Shown here one piece after another: positions 18,258 through 26,792 of a DNA stretch of 40,909 bases. The number at the start of each line of letters is the position of its first letter. Position 1 is the stretch's first letter. The stretch covers positions 1 to 40,909 of the forward strand of contig BTVV01000048.1 of NCBI GenBank assembly GCA_045863855.1, read 5' to 3'. The notes below the pieces were generated by a model. It was given only the letters and a program-made list of their open reading frames with translations. It searched no databases and was not told the DNA's origin. Origin of the DNA: Planctomycetota bacterium. Lineage in GTDB: Bacteria > Planctomycetota > SZUA-567 > H5-PLA8. The position numbers and the translations under genes are program-made.

Positions 18258-18829
18258 GCGTCGGCATCCGCGCGGCCGCGGCGTTCGAAAAGCGACTGTT
18301 CGAGGTGCGCGCGCGCGCGTTCCAGCGCCGCGGCGACATGGCGCGTCTCGTGGCCCAGGCGTTCGGCGATCTCGGCAACGCTCAGGTTCTGAACGTAGCG
18401 TAAGTCGACGACCTGCCGCAGATGCACCGGCAGCGCGTGCAGCGCGTCGCGCAGCGCGGTCTTGCGCTTCTGCCAGCGTTCGGCGGGTGTGGCGGAAAGT
18501 TCGGCGACGATCGCCTCGACGCGGTCGACGAGTTGCGTCTGCGGAAGGTCTGGGGCGTCGATCCCCCGAGCGCGCAAGGTCGCGAAGGCGCGGCGGCGCG
18601 CCAGATCGCGCGACCAGCGTCCGAAGGCGCCGGGCTCGTCGCAGCGTTCGCGGCCTTCGGTGACGGCCACGCACAGGTCCTGGAAAATCTGTTCGGCCAA
18701 AGCGAGATCGCGGACCATCGCGAGAATAAAAGCGGTGAGGATGGCGCGTTCGGCGAGGAGCTTGCGCAGGGCATCCGGCGAGCCGGATCCTTGAGCGCCC
18801 GAGGGCGGAATGTTTTTCGCCGCTGCCAT
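18254..18829 (-). CDS. ECF sigma-70 factor, Rhodopirellula/Verrucomicrobium-type
   Basis: AFILAMVRD..AEQIFQD, FGRWSRDLARRR, ALHALPVHLRQVVDLRY..LSVAEIA, LERARAHL. Confidence 0.85.
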   Translation of the reverse strand: MAAAKNIPPSGAQGSGSPDALRKLLAERAILTAFILAMVRDLALAEQIFQDLCVAVTEGRERCDEPGAFGRWSRDLARRRAFATLRARGIDAPDLPQTQLVDRVEAIVAELSATPAERWQKRKTALRDALHALPVHLRQVVDLRYVQNLSVAEIAERLGHETRHVAAALERARAHLEQSLFERRGRADADA

Positions 18830-18881
18830 GACCGATCAGGATAGGGGCTGGCGGCGCTTTCGGCAATGGGTTGCCCGAGGC

Positions 18882-19508
18882 TTACCAGTCGCCGCCGGCT
18901 TCGTCGTCGGGTTCGGTCACGACGACTCGCCCGCCCGCCCCGGCAATCACGCGAATGCGTACGTTGCCGCCACCGCCCACGACCTGGACGTTTCCGTCTT
19001 CCTGCTTCCCGCCGGCGTAGGCCGCGGCGCGCTTCTGGCGGGCGGCGGCTTGGTCGCCCTTGGCGGTCAAATCCTTCTTAACCTGCTCATCGGCGGCGCT
19101 TCCGGCTTGCTTGCGGTATTCGGCCGCGGCTTTTTCGTAGAGCGCCTGGGCTTTCTCGTAGCGCTTGGCCTGGGCTTCTTTGCGCGCCAAAGCGGCCAGC
19201 TTGTCCGGATCGGTTTCGGCCTCCAACGCCAAGTCGTTGACCAAGCGCTCGAGCCGCAGGCGGACTTCGGTGTCGTCGGTCTTGGCCAGTGCGTCCTTCA
19301 GCAGCGGGAGCGCCGGAAGACCCAGCGCGCGGAGCCCTTTTTCGGCATCTTCGCGCGTCGCGAAATCGTCGTGGCCGAGGTCTTTAAGTAACCCCGCGGC
19401 CTTTTGCCGTCCGGCGTCGTCCAGCGCCTTGGGCGCGGGTTCTTCGGCACATACAAAATCCGCCAAGAGCGCCAGCCCCAGTAAGACGCCCACCATGCAA
19501 TGTGTCAT
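18882..19508 (-). CDS. Exported HEAT-like/TPR-like helical protein (paralog A)
   Basis: Hydrophobic N-terminus; LLKDLGHDDFATREDAEKGL...DDTEVRLRL; helical tail; GGAGG upstream. Confidence 0.7.
   Translation of the reverse strand: MTHCMVGVLLGLALLADFVCAEEPAPKALDDAGRQKAAGLLKDLGHDDFATREDAEKGLRALGLPALPLLKDALAKTDDTEVRLRLERLVNDLALEAETDPDKLAALARKEAQAKRYEKAQALYEKAAAEYRKQAGSAADEQVKKDLTAKGDQAAARQKRAAAYAGGKQEDGNVQVVGGGGNVRIRVIAGAGGRVVVTEPDDEAGGDW
19191..19436. repeat. 246-bp direct repeat, copy 1
   Basis: Identical by eye to 19846-20091 (offset 655). Confidence 0.9.
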
Positions 19509-19581
19509 CTCTAGTCTCGCCTCCACTTTTGCTTAGGACGATACAGCAGTCCGTACACACCTCGTGTCAGGAGCTTCTTAA

Positions 19582-20163
19582 CTACCCTCTTTGGGAGACG
19601 ACAACAGGCTCAAGGATGGAGAAGGTGCCGCCGCTTCGAGGATAGCGCGCATCAATCTGCGGCTTCAGACGATGCAAAATTAAACGTTGCCGCTCCATCA
19701 TTGCTAGTTCGTATCTTGCAGACCATAGCAGCGCTTGGTTACCTGTAGGGGCAAGTATTGCACGCTCCCGAAACTTGGCCGCCGCCCTTTCATATAAATT
19801 GATCGCCATGTCGTAGCGCATAACCAATTCCGACCTTCGCGCCAGAGCGGCCAGCTTGTCCGGATCGGTTTCGGCCTCCAACGCCAAGTCGTTGACCAAG
19901 CGCTCGAGCCGCAGGCGGACTTCGGTGTCGTCGGTCTTGGCCAGTGCGTCCTTCAGCAGCGGGAGCGCCGGAAGACCCAGCGCGCGGAGCCCTTTTTCGG
20001 CATCTTCGCGCGTCGCGAAATCGTCGTGGCCGAGGTCTTTAAGTAACCCCGCGGCCTTTTGCCGTCCGGCGTCGTCCAGCGCCTTGGGCGCAGTTTCTTC
20101 AGCAAGGGCGACGCCGCAAAGCAGCACCCAGAGCACGACGCATCCAACCTTCGCGCGCAGCAT
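19582..20163 (-). CDS. Exported HEAT-like/TPR-like helical protein (paralog B)
   Basis: Signal peptide ending VALA-EE; same core block as paralog A; diverged C-terminus; AAGGGAG RBS. Confidence 0.7.
   Translation of the reverse strand: MLRAKVGCVVLWVLLCGVALAEETAPKALDDAGRQKAAGLLKDLGHDDFATREDAEKGLRALGLPALPLLKDALAKTDDTEVRLRLERLVNDLALEAETDPDKLAALARRSELVMRYDMAINLYERAAAKFRERAILAPTGNQALLWSARYELAMMERQRLILHRLKPQIDARYPRSGGTFSILEPVVVSQRG
19846..20091. repeat. 246-bp direct repeat, copy 2
   Basis: Identical by eye to 19191-19436. Confidence 0.9.
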
Positions 20164-20214
20164 TCTCAGAATCTCCCTTCAAATCGTGATCCGCCTCCGC
20201 GGCGCCACGTCCGG

Positions 20215-21108
20215 TCAGGCTTGAGCCGCCTCGAAGCAGGCTTTTAAATCATCGAACGAGCGCCGCGAACTCTCCAACCGGTCGAGTCCGTCGCCGCGCC
20301 AATGCGTCTCGAGCGCCACCACGCCCGCGTAGCCGTCGCCGCGGAGGCGCTTGAGGAGCACGCGGTAATCCAGCGCGCCCTGCCCGACGCGCTGCCAGCG
20401 GGTGAGCCCCGTCGCTGCATCGGCCAGTTCGGCGTTTTTGGCGTGAACGTGCGCGATCCAAGGGCGCAGCGCCGCATAGCCTTCGGGGTAGGGCTCGCCG
20501 CCGGCGACGAAATCGTTGCCGGGATCCCAGACGGCTTTCAGGCGCGGGTGTTCGGCCGCGAGAAGGATCTCGGCGGTGTTCCAGCACGAGTTACCCCAGC
20601 AGGAGCGGACGTTCTCGACGACCAGATCGACGCCGGCGGCCTCGGCGATTTCGGCAGATTCGCGCAGGCCGGCGACGATGAGCTTCAGCACCTCCGCCGG
20701 AATCGCACCGCCGCGCGGAAGACGCGGGGACGGATTGCCGACGCCCACCATACCGCTCTTGCGAAACGCGAAGATGCGGACGTACGGCGCGCCGAAACGC
20801 CGCGCCACCTCGCAGCCGCGGCGCACCGACTGCAGATGCCGAGCGTACTCAGGGGCTTCGCGCGGATGTTCGCGCACGCCGTCCAACAGGAGCGTTTTGA
20901 ACGCCATGGTGCTGACGCAGCAAATCTTGAATCGTCCGGCGCGCAGCAGGACTTCGGCCTGCGCGAGGGCCGCGTCGGATGCTTCGGCGATGTTCACGTT
21001 TCCGTCGAGATGGTTGAGTTCGATCTCGCGCACGCCCCACTCCGTAGCGGCGGCCAGAGCCGGCTCCAGGCTGTCGTGGAGTTCGTCGCTGATGGCGCCC
21101 AGGCGCAC
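20215..21108 (-). CDS. Sugar phosphate isomerase/epimerase (xylose isomerase-like TIM barrel)
   Basis: LGAISDE, VRIFAF, LVVEN, WDPGN, HVHAK, VGQGALDY, ALETH. Confidence 0.88.
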   Translation of the reverse strand: MRLGAISDELHDSLEPALAAATEWGVREIELNHLDGNVNIAEASDAALAQAEVLLRAGRFKICCVSTMAFKTLLLDGVREHPREAPEYARHLQSVRRGCEVARRFGAPYVRIFAFRKSGMVGVGNPSPRLPRGGAIPAEVLKLIVAGLRESAEIAEAAGVDLVVENVRSCWGNSCWNTAEILLAAEHPRLKAVWDPGNDFVAGGEPYPEGYAALRPWIAHVHAKNAELADAATGLTRWQRVGQGALDYRVLLKRLRGDGYAGVVALETHWRGDGLDRLESSRRSFDDLKACFEAAQA

Positions 21109-21115
21109 GCGCGGC

Positions 21116-22015
21116 CTACTTGTTGACTTCCATGCCGGTGGGATCGCGCGGACGCTGCGTCTGCTGGTTGATCAGCAGTTCCTTCTGGCGCTCGGCGTCC
21201 TCGCGGCGGCGTTCGAGGTCTTTCTGGCGCAGTAAATCGGGATCCTGCGGAGCCTCGACCACGATCTCGCGCCCGTCCTTGGTCACGATGGTGATCGGAC
21301 GCGCCGTGCCCTTGATCTGCTCGACCGTCCGCTCGCGCAAGGCCTTGACTTCCGACTGCACGGCCTTGAACGCCCAACGCACGTGGCTCCACTTGCGCGG
21401 TTCGTTGCGCAATTCCTCTTCCAGCACCAGCGCCGAACGCTTGGTGCTCATGCAGGCATCGCGGAAGTTGGCGTCGTTCTGCCACAGGTCGGCGAGAATG
21501 TTGACCTGCTTCCCGATCATCTCGCTTTGATGGATCAGCCGGGTGCGTTCCTTGCCGCCCGCGTCGAGGTCTTCGGCGATCTGGTAGACGGTCTTCTTGA
21601 GGTCGGCAATCACCTGGTAAGCCTGCAATTCGCCGGTGGTGATGGTGCCTTCGGGGCGCAGGTCTTCGAGTTCGACCCAGAACGGTCCCCGCTTTTGCGG
21701 CGCGGTGGAGCCCGGCAAGTCGGCGGTCAAGTCGGCGGGAAGCGCGGCGCCGGGCGTCTGGACCGGAGGCAACGGATCGAGCTCGTTGGGGCGCAGCCGC
21801 GGTTGCTCGGGTCCGGTCATGGTCAGCGGAGCGGGCGCGGCCGCCGGATCGTCTTCGATGGGGCGCAGCTTGGGCCGTTCGACGGGCGCAGGTTCGGCCT
21901 TGGGCGCCACCAGCGGCTCCGGCGCCAGCGCGTCCTCGACGCCGTCCGGCGCCAAGTCCGATGCCAGCGCGGGCCACGCCGCCAGCATGCCCAGAGCGAT
22001 CCAATACCCGCGCAT
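21116..22015 (-). CDS. Exported hypothetical protein (Pro-rich linker plus helical domain)
   Basis: Signal peptide MRGYWIALGMLAAWPALA; GAGGA upstream; ends 7 nt before the next gene. Confidence 0.65.
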   Translation of the reverse strand: MRGYWIALGMLAAWPALASDLAPDGVEDALAPEPLVAPKAEPAPVERPKLRPIEDDPAAAPAPLTMTGPEQPRLRPNELDPLPPVQTPGAALPADLTADLPGSTAPQKRGPFWVELEDLRPEGTITTGELQAYQVIADLKKTVYQIAEDLDAGGKERTRLIHQSEMIGKQVNILADLWQNDANFRDACMSTKRSALVLEEELRNEPRKWSHVRWAFKAVQSEVKALRERTVEQIKGTARPITIVTKDGREIVVEAPQDPDLLRQKDLERRREDAERQKELLINQQTQRPRDPTGMEVNK

Positions 22016-22181
22016 CGCCGTCGTCCTCGTGCTTCGAAAGGGTTGCATGGATTAGACGCGCCAATCGGCACGGCGCGTCAGGATCTTTTGGCCGATCCAC
22101 CGAACAAGCGCATCTTAACGGGTCCGCGGCGCATGGACGACACAATTCGGCGGAAGGCTTCGCACAAGGTGCGCGAGGCGG

Positions 22182-23489
22182 TTACTTGCCGATCTCGAAG
22201 ACCACCTTGAACGCCCCGCGCGAACCGGCGTGAAAGGCTTCGTCCAACGCGCGGCCGAATTGGGCAAGCGGATACTTTCGCCGGACCAGGCTCGAAAGGA
22301 CGTCGGCGTCGTCCGCGGCAAGGATCTGGAGCGCGAGGTCCATCGATTTGACGCGCCCGCGTTTGTCCATATGCGCGAGGTTGACCTTATGGCTGGCTCC
22401 GGCGGCCACCGCGCCAATTCCAGCGAGGTCGTCGGGCGGTGTCTCCCAGCCGTAGGCGTACGCGCCGTGAACGCGCAACTCTTTGTGCCAGAGCGGAGTC
22501 AGGTCCACGCCTCCAGGCGTGCCCGGCATGCCCACCAGCAGCACCAGCCCGCCAGGAGCGGCGAGACGCAACGCATCGTCGATGCTCTGGGCCGAGCCGA
22601 CGCAGTCGAGGACCACCGGAGCGCCGCCCAAAGCCACGGGCTTGCCCAGATCGGATGGATGCAGCGAACCTCCGAAGCGTTCGAGCACCCAGCGGTATTG
22701 CCGGCGCGTATCGGTTTCGACATAAACCTCGTCCGCACCCAAGTGCTCGGCCATATCTCCCTGCACCCGATAACGGGCCAAGGCCCGGATTTTCCCTTCG
22801 CCGCCGATGGCGCGGTATGCCGCGATGGCCAGCAACCCGATGGTCCCGCAGCCGATCAGGAGCAAGCTGGCCTTCGGATCGCACGGCGCGAGCAAAGCCG
22901 CGTGGAGCGCGCAAGCGAACGGTTCGGCGAGGACGGCCCCGGTATCGCTGAGCTTTTCGGGGACCGTATGCAACTGCGCCGGATGCGCAACGAGCCCGTG
23001 GCTCCAGCCGCCTCCGGTGTTCGCGCAGAAGCCCGTCTGGAAGCCCGCGCCGAGCGCACCCTTGAGCAGGTTCACGCAGGCCGCGTAGCGGCCTTGCTGG
23101 CATGAGGCGCAGAGCGGTTTGACGCCGCGGACGGCGCAACTCAGCGCGGGTTCGAGCACCACGCGCTGCCCTTTCTTCCAGGCTTCGGGCGTTTGCGGTC
23201 CGGTCTCCTCGATCACGCCCACGATCTCATGTCCCAGCACGAACGGGGTGCTCACAAAAGGTGCGAAATAGGGACTGGTCTGACAGGCGATGGCAGCCAG
23301 ATCGCTGCCGCAGATTCCGCTTAGAATCGGCCGCACGCGCACCCATTCGCCGTTCGGAAGCTTGGGCGGTTCGGTCTCTTCAAGCTTGATGCACGAAAGG
23401 GCACTCGTCGCGAGCCACGGCACGCGGGTCCCCAAGCTGTGCACCAACAGCCAGCGCGGGACCGAACGGTGAAAGCGAATCGCCTGCAT
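22182..23489 (-). CDS. Zinc-dependent medium-chain alcohol dehydrogenase family protein
   Basis: GICGSDL, VLGHE, C..C..C..C structural zinc site, EPFACALHA, GCGTIG, DCVG. Confidence 0.88.
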   Translation of the reverse strand: MQAIRFHRSVPRWLLVHSLGTRVPWLATSALSCIKLEETEPPKLPNGEWVRVRPILSGICGSDLAAIACQTSPYFAPFVSTPFVLGHEIVGVIEETGPQTPEAWKKGQRVVLEPALSCAVRGVKPLCASCQQGRYAACVNLLKGALGAGFQTGFCANTGGGWSHGLVAHPAQLHTVPEKLSDTGAVLAEPFACALHAALLAPCDPKASLLLIGCGTIGLLAIAAYRAIGGEGKIRALARYRVQGDMAEHLGADEVYVETDTRRQYRWVLERFGGSLHPSDLGKPVALGGAPVVLDCVGSAQSIDDALRLAAPGGLVLLVGMPGTPGGVDLTPLWHKELRVHGAYAYGWETPPDDLAGIGAVAAGASHKVNLAHMDKRGRVKSMDLALQILAADDADVLSSLVRRKYPLAQFGRALDEAFHAGSRGAFKVVFEIGK

Positions 23490-23642
23490 GGCGGGCCCAA
23501 GGTAGCCGCTTCCTTGAAGTTCGTAAATACTCACTATGATTAAAGTTATGGATAAAGTGGAGCTTAGGTAATTCCAAGAGGCTTTCAGTAAACCATTAGG
23601 ATCGAGGCATGCACAAAGTGATGTCGATGGGAGGAGCCACCC

Positions 23643-23951
23643 ATGCACCTGGGCGATTTCAAGACTTTCAGCACCGTCATGTTCCCGATCATCTATTCGT
23701 TGCGTCCGCGCAAGGACGCCAAGCGCGTCACGCGCTTTCTACTGATGCAGAAATCGATCGACGAACTGCTGGAGCTGATCGAACGGATCGAGTTCGAGCT
23801 GGCGCATCCGAGCATGGAGGTGCGGCACTGCCTCCCGCTGGCCTGCGATCCCTCTGAAGAGGAAGTGCGCGAGTTTCTGCGCCTGGTGGCGCTGCATCTG
23901 CGCAGCCACCTGAAGCCGACCGAGACCGGCGTGCTCTGCGCCGGGCTCTAA
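23643..23951 (+). CDS. Small helical hypothetical protein
   Basis: Strong GGAGGAG RBS before the ATG; GC-biased third positions; fills an otherwise empty interval. Confidence 0.65.
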   Translation: MHLGDFKTFSTVMFPIIYSLRPRKDAKRVTRFLLMQKSIDELLELIERIEFELAHPSMEVRHCLPLACDPSEEEVREFLRLVALHLRSHLKPTETGVLCAGL

Positions 23952-24196
23952 AGGTACCTTGGGCGGCGCGGCTTTCGCCGGACCGGGGACTGGGCCTTCC
24001 AGCCCACCGGGGTCACGGTCCGGCGCGAGCCTCGTCCAGTTCTGCTCCCGCATTCCCTCGTCCCAACTCACGCGCCCGTACCGTCTTCTCGCTATCGCAT
24101 CGTCTTCCCGAGCCGCTATTCCCGCTTCGCACTAGAAGGAAGCCCGGGAAGCGCGTCTAATAGGGGTCGCTTCGCGTTGCACTTTGGGAAAAAGGG

Positions 24197-26158
24197 ATGG
24201 CTTCTGTGCGCACGGTTTGGGTGAGCGCGTTGGTGCTCCTGACGGCCGGCTTGCTGGCCGCCGGCTTGTATGCCCTTTCGTCGCCCGCGGCGCCGCCGGC
24301 CGATCCTGAACCGGATCCGGCGGAGCTTCCGTATCCCAAGCCCGCGAATCCGTTGCCCAAGCAGTACACGCCGGAAGAACTGGCGCGCGACGGCGGCCCG
24401 AGTCCGCGGATCATCGCCAGCTTCCTGACGCGCCGCGGGCCGACCCCGTTTCAGTCGCTACTGCGCTACGACAAGGTGCCGGTCCCAATCCAGCAGATGC
24501 CCGGCTGGCGCGAGGTCGTCGCCTATTTGCAGATGCACGGCCAAGAGCCGCCGCCGATCGTCTTCCGCGTCGACCAGATCACCGAATCGGTGGTGAACAA
24601 CCTGGGCGAGCGCGCGCACTCGGTGATCAGCAGCAAGTCGTTCCTGCATCCCAGCGACCCGCGCACCCTGGCGTACGACATCACGATCACCAGCGGCGGG
24701 ATTCCGCAGCGCATGGTGGGGCACCTCTTCAAGCGCGGCGTCATGGTGGAGGTGTACCGCGGCGAGCAGCTCGCCGACCGCAACGAGATCGCGTTGCCGA
24801 CCAAGATGAGCATCCTGCCGGTGGAGATCGAGTTTATTCATCTCTGGCAGCCGGCGACGGTCAAGCCGGGCGATACCGCGCGCTGGTCGTTTTTCGTGCC
24901 CGAGGTTTCGGGCTTCGTGCTGCTGGAGGCGGTCTTCAAGGGGCTGGAGCAGATTTCGCACGGCGGCCAGACGCACCAATGCGCGCGCTACGACGTCAAG
25001 ACGGCCAGCACCAAGTCACGCGAAGGCGTCTTCTCGCGCCAGCGCATGTGGTTCGACATGGCGAGCGGCATCATGCTCCGCCGCATGGACTTCGAGGAAG
25101 GCGTCGACGAAGAGACCGAAGGACTGGTGACCGAGCGCGTGGAGCCCGAAGAGCTGGAATCGCTCCTGGCGCTCGAAATTCGCGCCCCCGAACTGCCGCA
25201 GGCGCCGCTGCCGTACGAACTGGGCAAGGAATACTTCTGGCGCGTGGACGCGCGCGGGCAGCGTCTGGGGCGCGTGCACGCGACGTTCCACGCTCAGGTA
25301 GCCGATAAGCTGGGCCCGGCGGGATTGCGCGCCGAAGCCGAGGTACGCGTCGAGACCGGCGGGAGCCTGCGCCGCGAAAAGGCGCTGACGCGCTACGACG
25401 AGCGCGGCTTTCCCGTCTTTTACAAGGCTCAGGGCGAAGAGGCCGTCGAAAGCCAGGCCGATTACGTCGTCGAAGCGCTCTTCGGCGAAGGGCGCGTGCG
25501 CACGCATCTCTTCCGGCATCTGCACGGCGCCGCGGCAGGAAGTTCGGCGATGCACCCCGAAACCGTGAATCCGAATGGTACCCCGTTGTCGCCGGCCTCG
25601 GCGGAGCACGACGCCTGCTGGCTGCGCCCGGTGCCGCTCAGCGACGACGAAGAGGAAAGGCAAGAGGAACAGCAAGAACGCTTGCAGGATCAGGACGTCG
25701 AGCGCCCGATCGATTCGGGGGTGTTCGTATTCGACCACCATCGCATCGAGCAACTGGCGCTGCTGGCTTCGCGCCTGCCACGGCCGCCGGCGCCCAAAGC
25801 GGGCGAAGCCGGCGAGATCAAATACCAGAAGGTCGCGCTGTATACGGTGCGCCGCCATCAAGCCGGCGTGCTGCAGTTCGCGATCCAGGCCGAGCCTCCG
25901 CTGCCGGACCCCGAAAGCGGCGAAGTCCCCGCCGAGCCCGACGGTCCGACGCTGTACCTCGCCAGTTCGGTGAGCACGCTCTTGCCGTGTACGATGCTGC
26001 TCGGCCCCGATGGCCGGCTCTTGCAGCTCATCAGCCGCTACGGTACGGGCGAAGTGATCTACACACTGGACGATCCGATCATGCGCGCGCGCGAAGCCCG
26101 GGCGCGCGAGCAGCGCGGCCAGGAAGGCCCGCAATTGATCCGCCCGCCGTGGTTTTAA
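24197..26158 (+). CDS. Membrane-anchored or exported hypothetical protein
   Basis: N-terminal hydrophobic helix, Pro-rich linker and two beta-rich regions; strong coding bias. Confidence 0.7.
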   Translation: MASVRTVWVSALVLLTAGLLAAGLYALSSPAAPPADPEPDPAELPYPKPANPLPKQYTPEELARDGGPSPRIIASFLTRRGPTPFQSLLRYDKVPVPIQQMPGWREVVAYLQMHGQEPPPIVFRVDQITESVVNNLGERAHSVISSKSFLHPSDPRTLAYDITITSGGIPQRMVGHLFKRGVMVEVYRGEQLADRNEIALPTKMSILPVEIEFIHLWQPATVKPGDTARWSFFVPEVSGFVLLEAVFKGLEQISHGGQTHQCARYDVKTASTKSREGVFSRQRMWFDMASGIMLRRMDFEEGVDEETEGLVTERVEPEELESLLALEIRAPELPQAPLPYELGKEYFWRVDARGQRLGRVHATFHAQVADKLGPAGLRAEAEVRVETGGSLRREKALTRYDERGFPVFYKAQGEEAVESQADYVVEALFGEGRVRTHLFRHLHGAAAGSSAMHPETVNPNGTPLSPASAEHDACWLRPVPLSDDEEERQEEQQERLQDQDVERPIDSGVFVFDHHRIEQLALLASRLPRPPAPKAGEAGEIKYQKVALYTVRRHQAGVLQFAIQAEPPLPDPESGEVPAEPDGPTLYLASSVSTLLPCTMLLGPDGRLLQLISRYGTGEVIYTLDDPIMRAREARAREQRGQEGPQLIRPPWF

Positions 26159-26792
26159 GCGAGAGCCATTTCCACACATCCGCACGCGCGTAAACCTGCC
26201 GGCCGATAGCGTGTGCGCCCCGCGCCAGCCGGTTGAACCGCGCCGCAACGCCCGCCGCGCGCAACGCCGCGTGCATTTCTTCGGCCCGGGCCACGGGCAC
26301 CACTTCGTCCCGCGTGCCATGGAAGCTCCATACCGGCAAGCCGCGCAAGCGTGGCGCGAGCGCCGGCAAGCCGAAGGCGCACACCGGGACCAAGGCCGCG
26401 AAGCGTGAGGCGCGCTCGTAGGCCCATTCGTACGCGCCGCGCCCGCCCATGCTCTGTCCCGTCAGGCATACGCAGCGCGGATCGGCGGGCAGCGTGGCCA
26501 GCAGATCGTCGAGCCAGCGGTCCAGATCCTCGATGCAAAAGCCGCTGCGTTCGGCGGGGCATTGTGGGCAGGCGATCAGCCACTTCGCTGCTTGGCCCGT
26601 AGCGGCAAGCTGCGGAAGCGGCTCGCGCGCCACGAGATCCAAACGGTCGCCCTTGGCGCCCGCGCCGTGCAGGTAGATCAGCATCGGCCAGCCATCGGCA
26701 GAAGCTATGCCCGGGGGACGGTGCAGCAGATAGCGCACGCGCAGGCGGCGGCGCACCGTCCGCGCGAGCACGCGCAACTCGAGGGCGCTCAT
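26079..26792 (-). CDS. Alpha/beta hydrolase (predicted esterase/peptidase)
   Basis: WPMLIYLHGAG, LTGQSMGG nucleophile, FHGTRDEVVP, GAH; ATGA overlap with the upstream gene. Confidence 0.88.
   Translation of the reverse strand: MSALELRVLARTVRRRLRVRYLLHRPPGIASADGWPMLIYLHGAGAKGDRLDLVAREPLPQLAATGQAAKWLIACPQCPAERSGFCIEDLDRWLDDLLATLPADPRCVCLTGQSMGGRGAYEWAYERASRFAALVPVCAFGLPALAPRLRGLPVWSFHGTRDEVVPVARAEEMHAALRAAGVAARFNRLARGAHAIGRQVYARADVWKWLSLKTTAGGSIAGLPGRAARAPGLRARA

Noticed and set aside
18258..18866. N-terminal 203 aa of the 473-aa sigma ORF
   Set aside because: Arg/Pro-rich alternative frame of the first sigma gene; the ATGA-coupled start at 18257 is more plausible.
19191..20091. Diversity-generating retroelement TR/VR pair or CRISPR
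   Set aside because: The copies are identical with no adenine-specific mismatches, there is no reverse transcriptase, and there is no repeat-spacer structure.
23970..24031. SRP RNA
   Set aside because: Lacks the conserved SRP domain IV internal-loop motif around a GGAA tetraloop.
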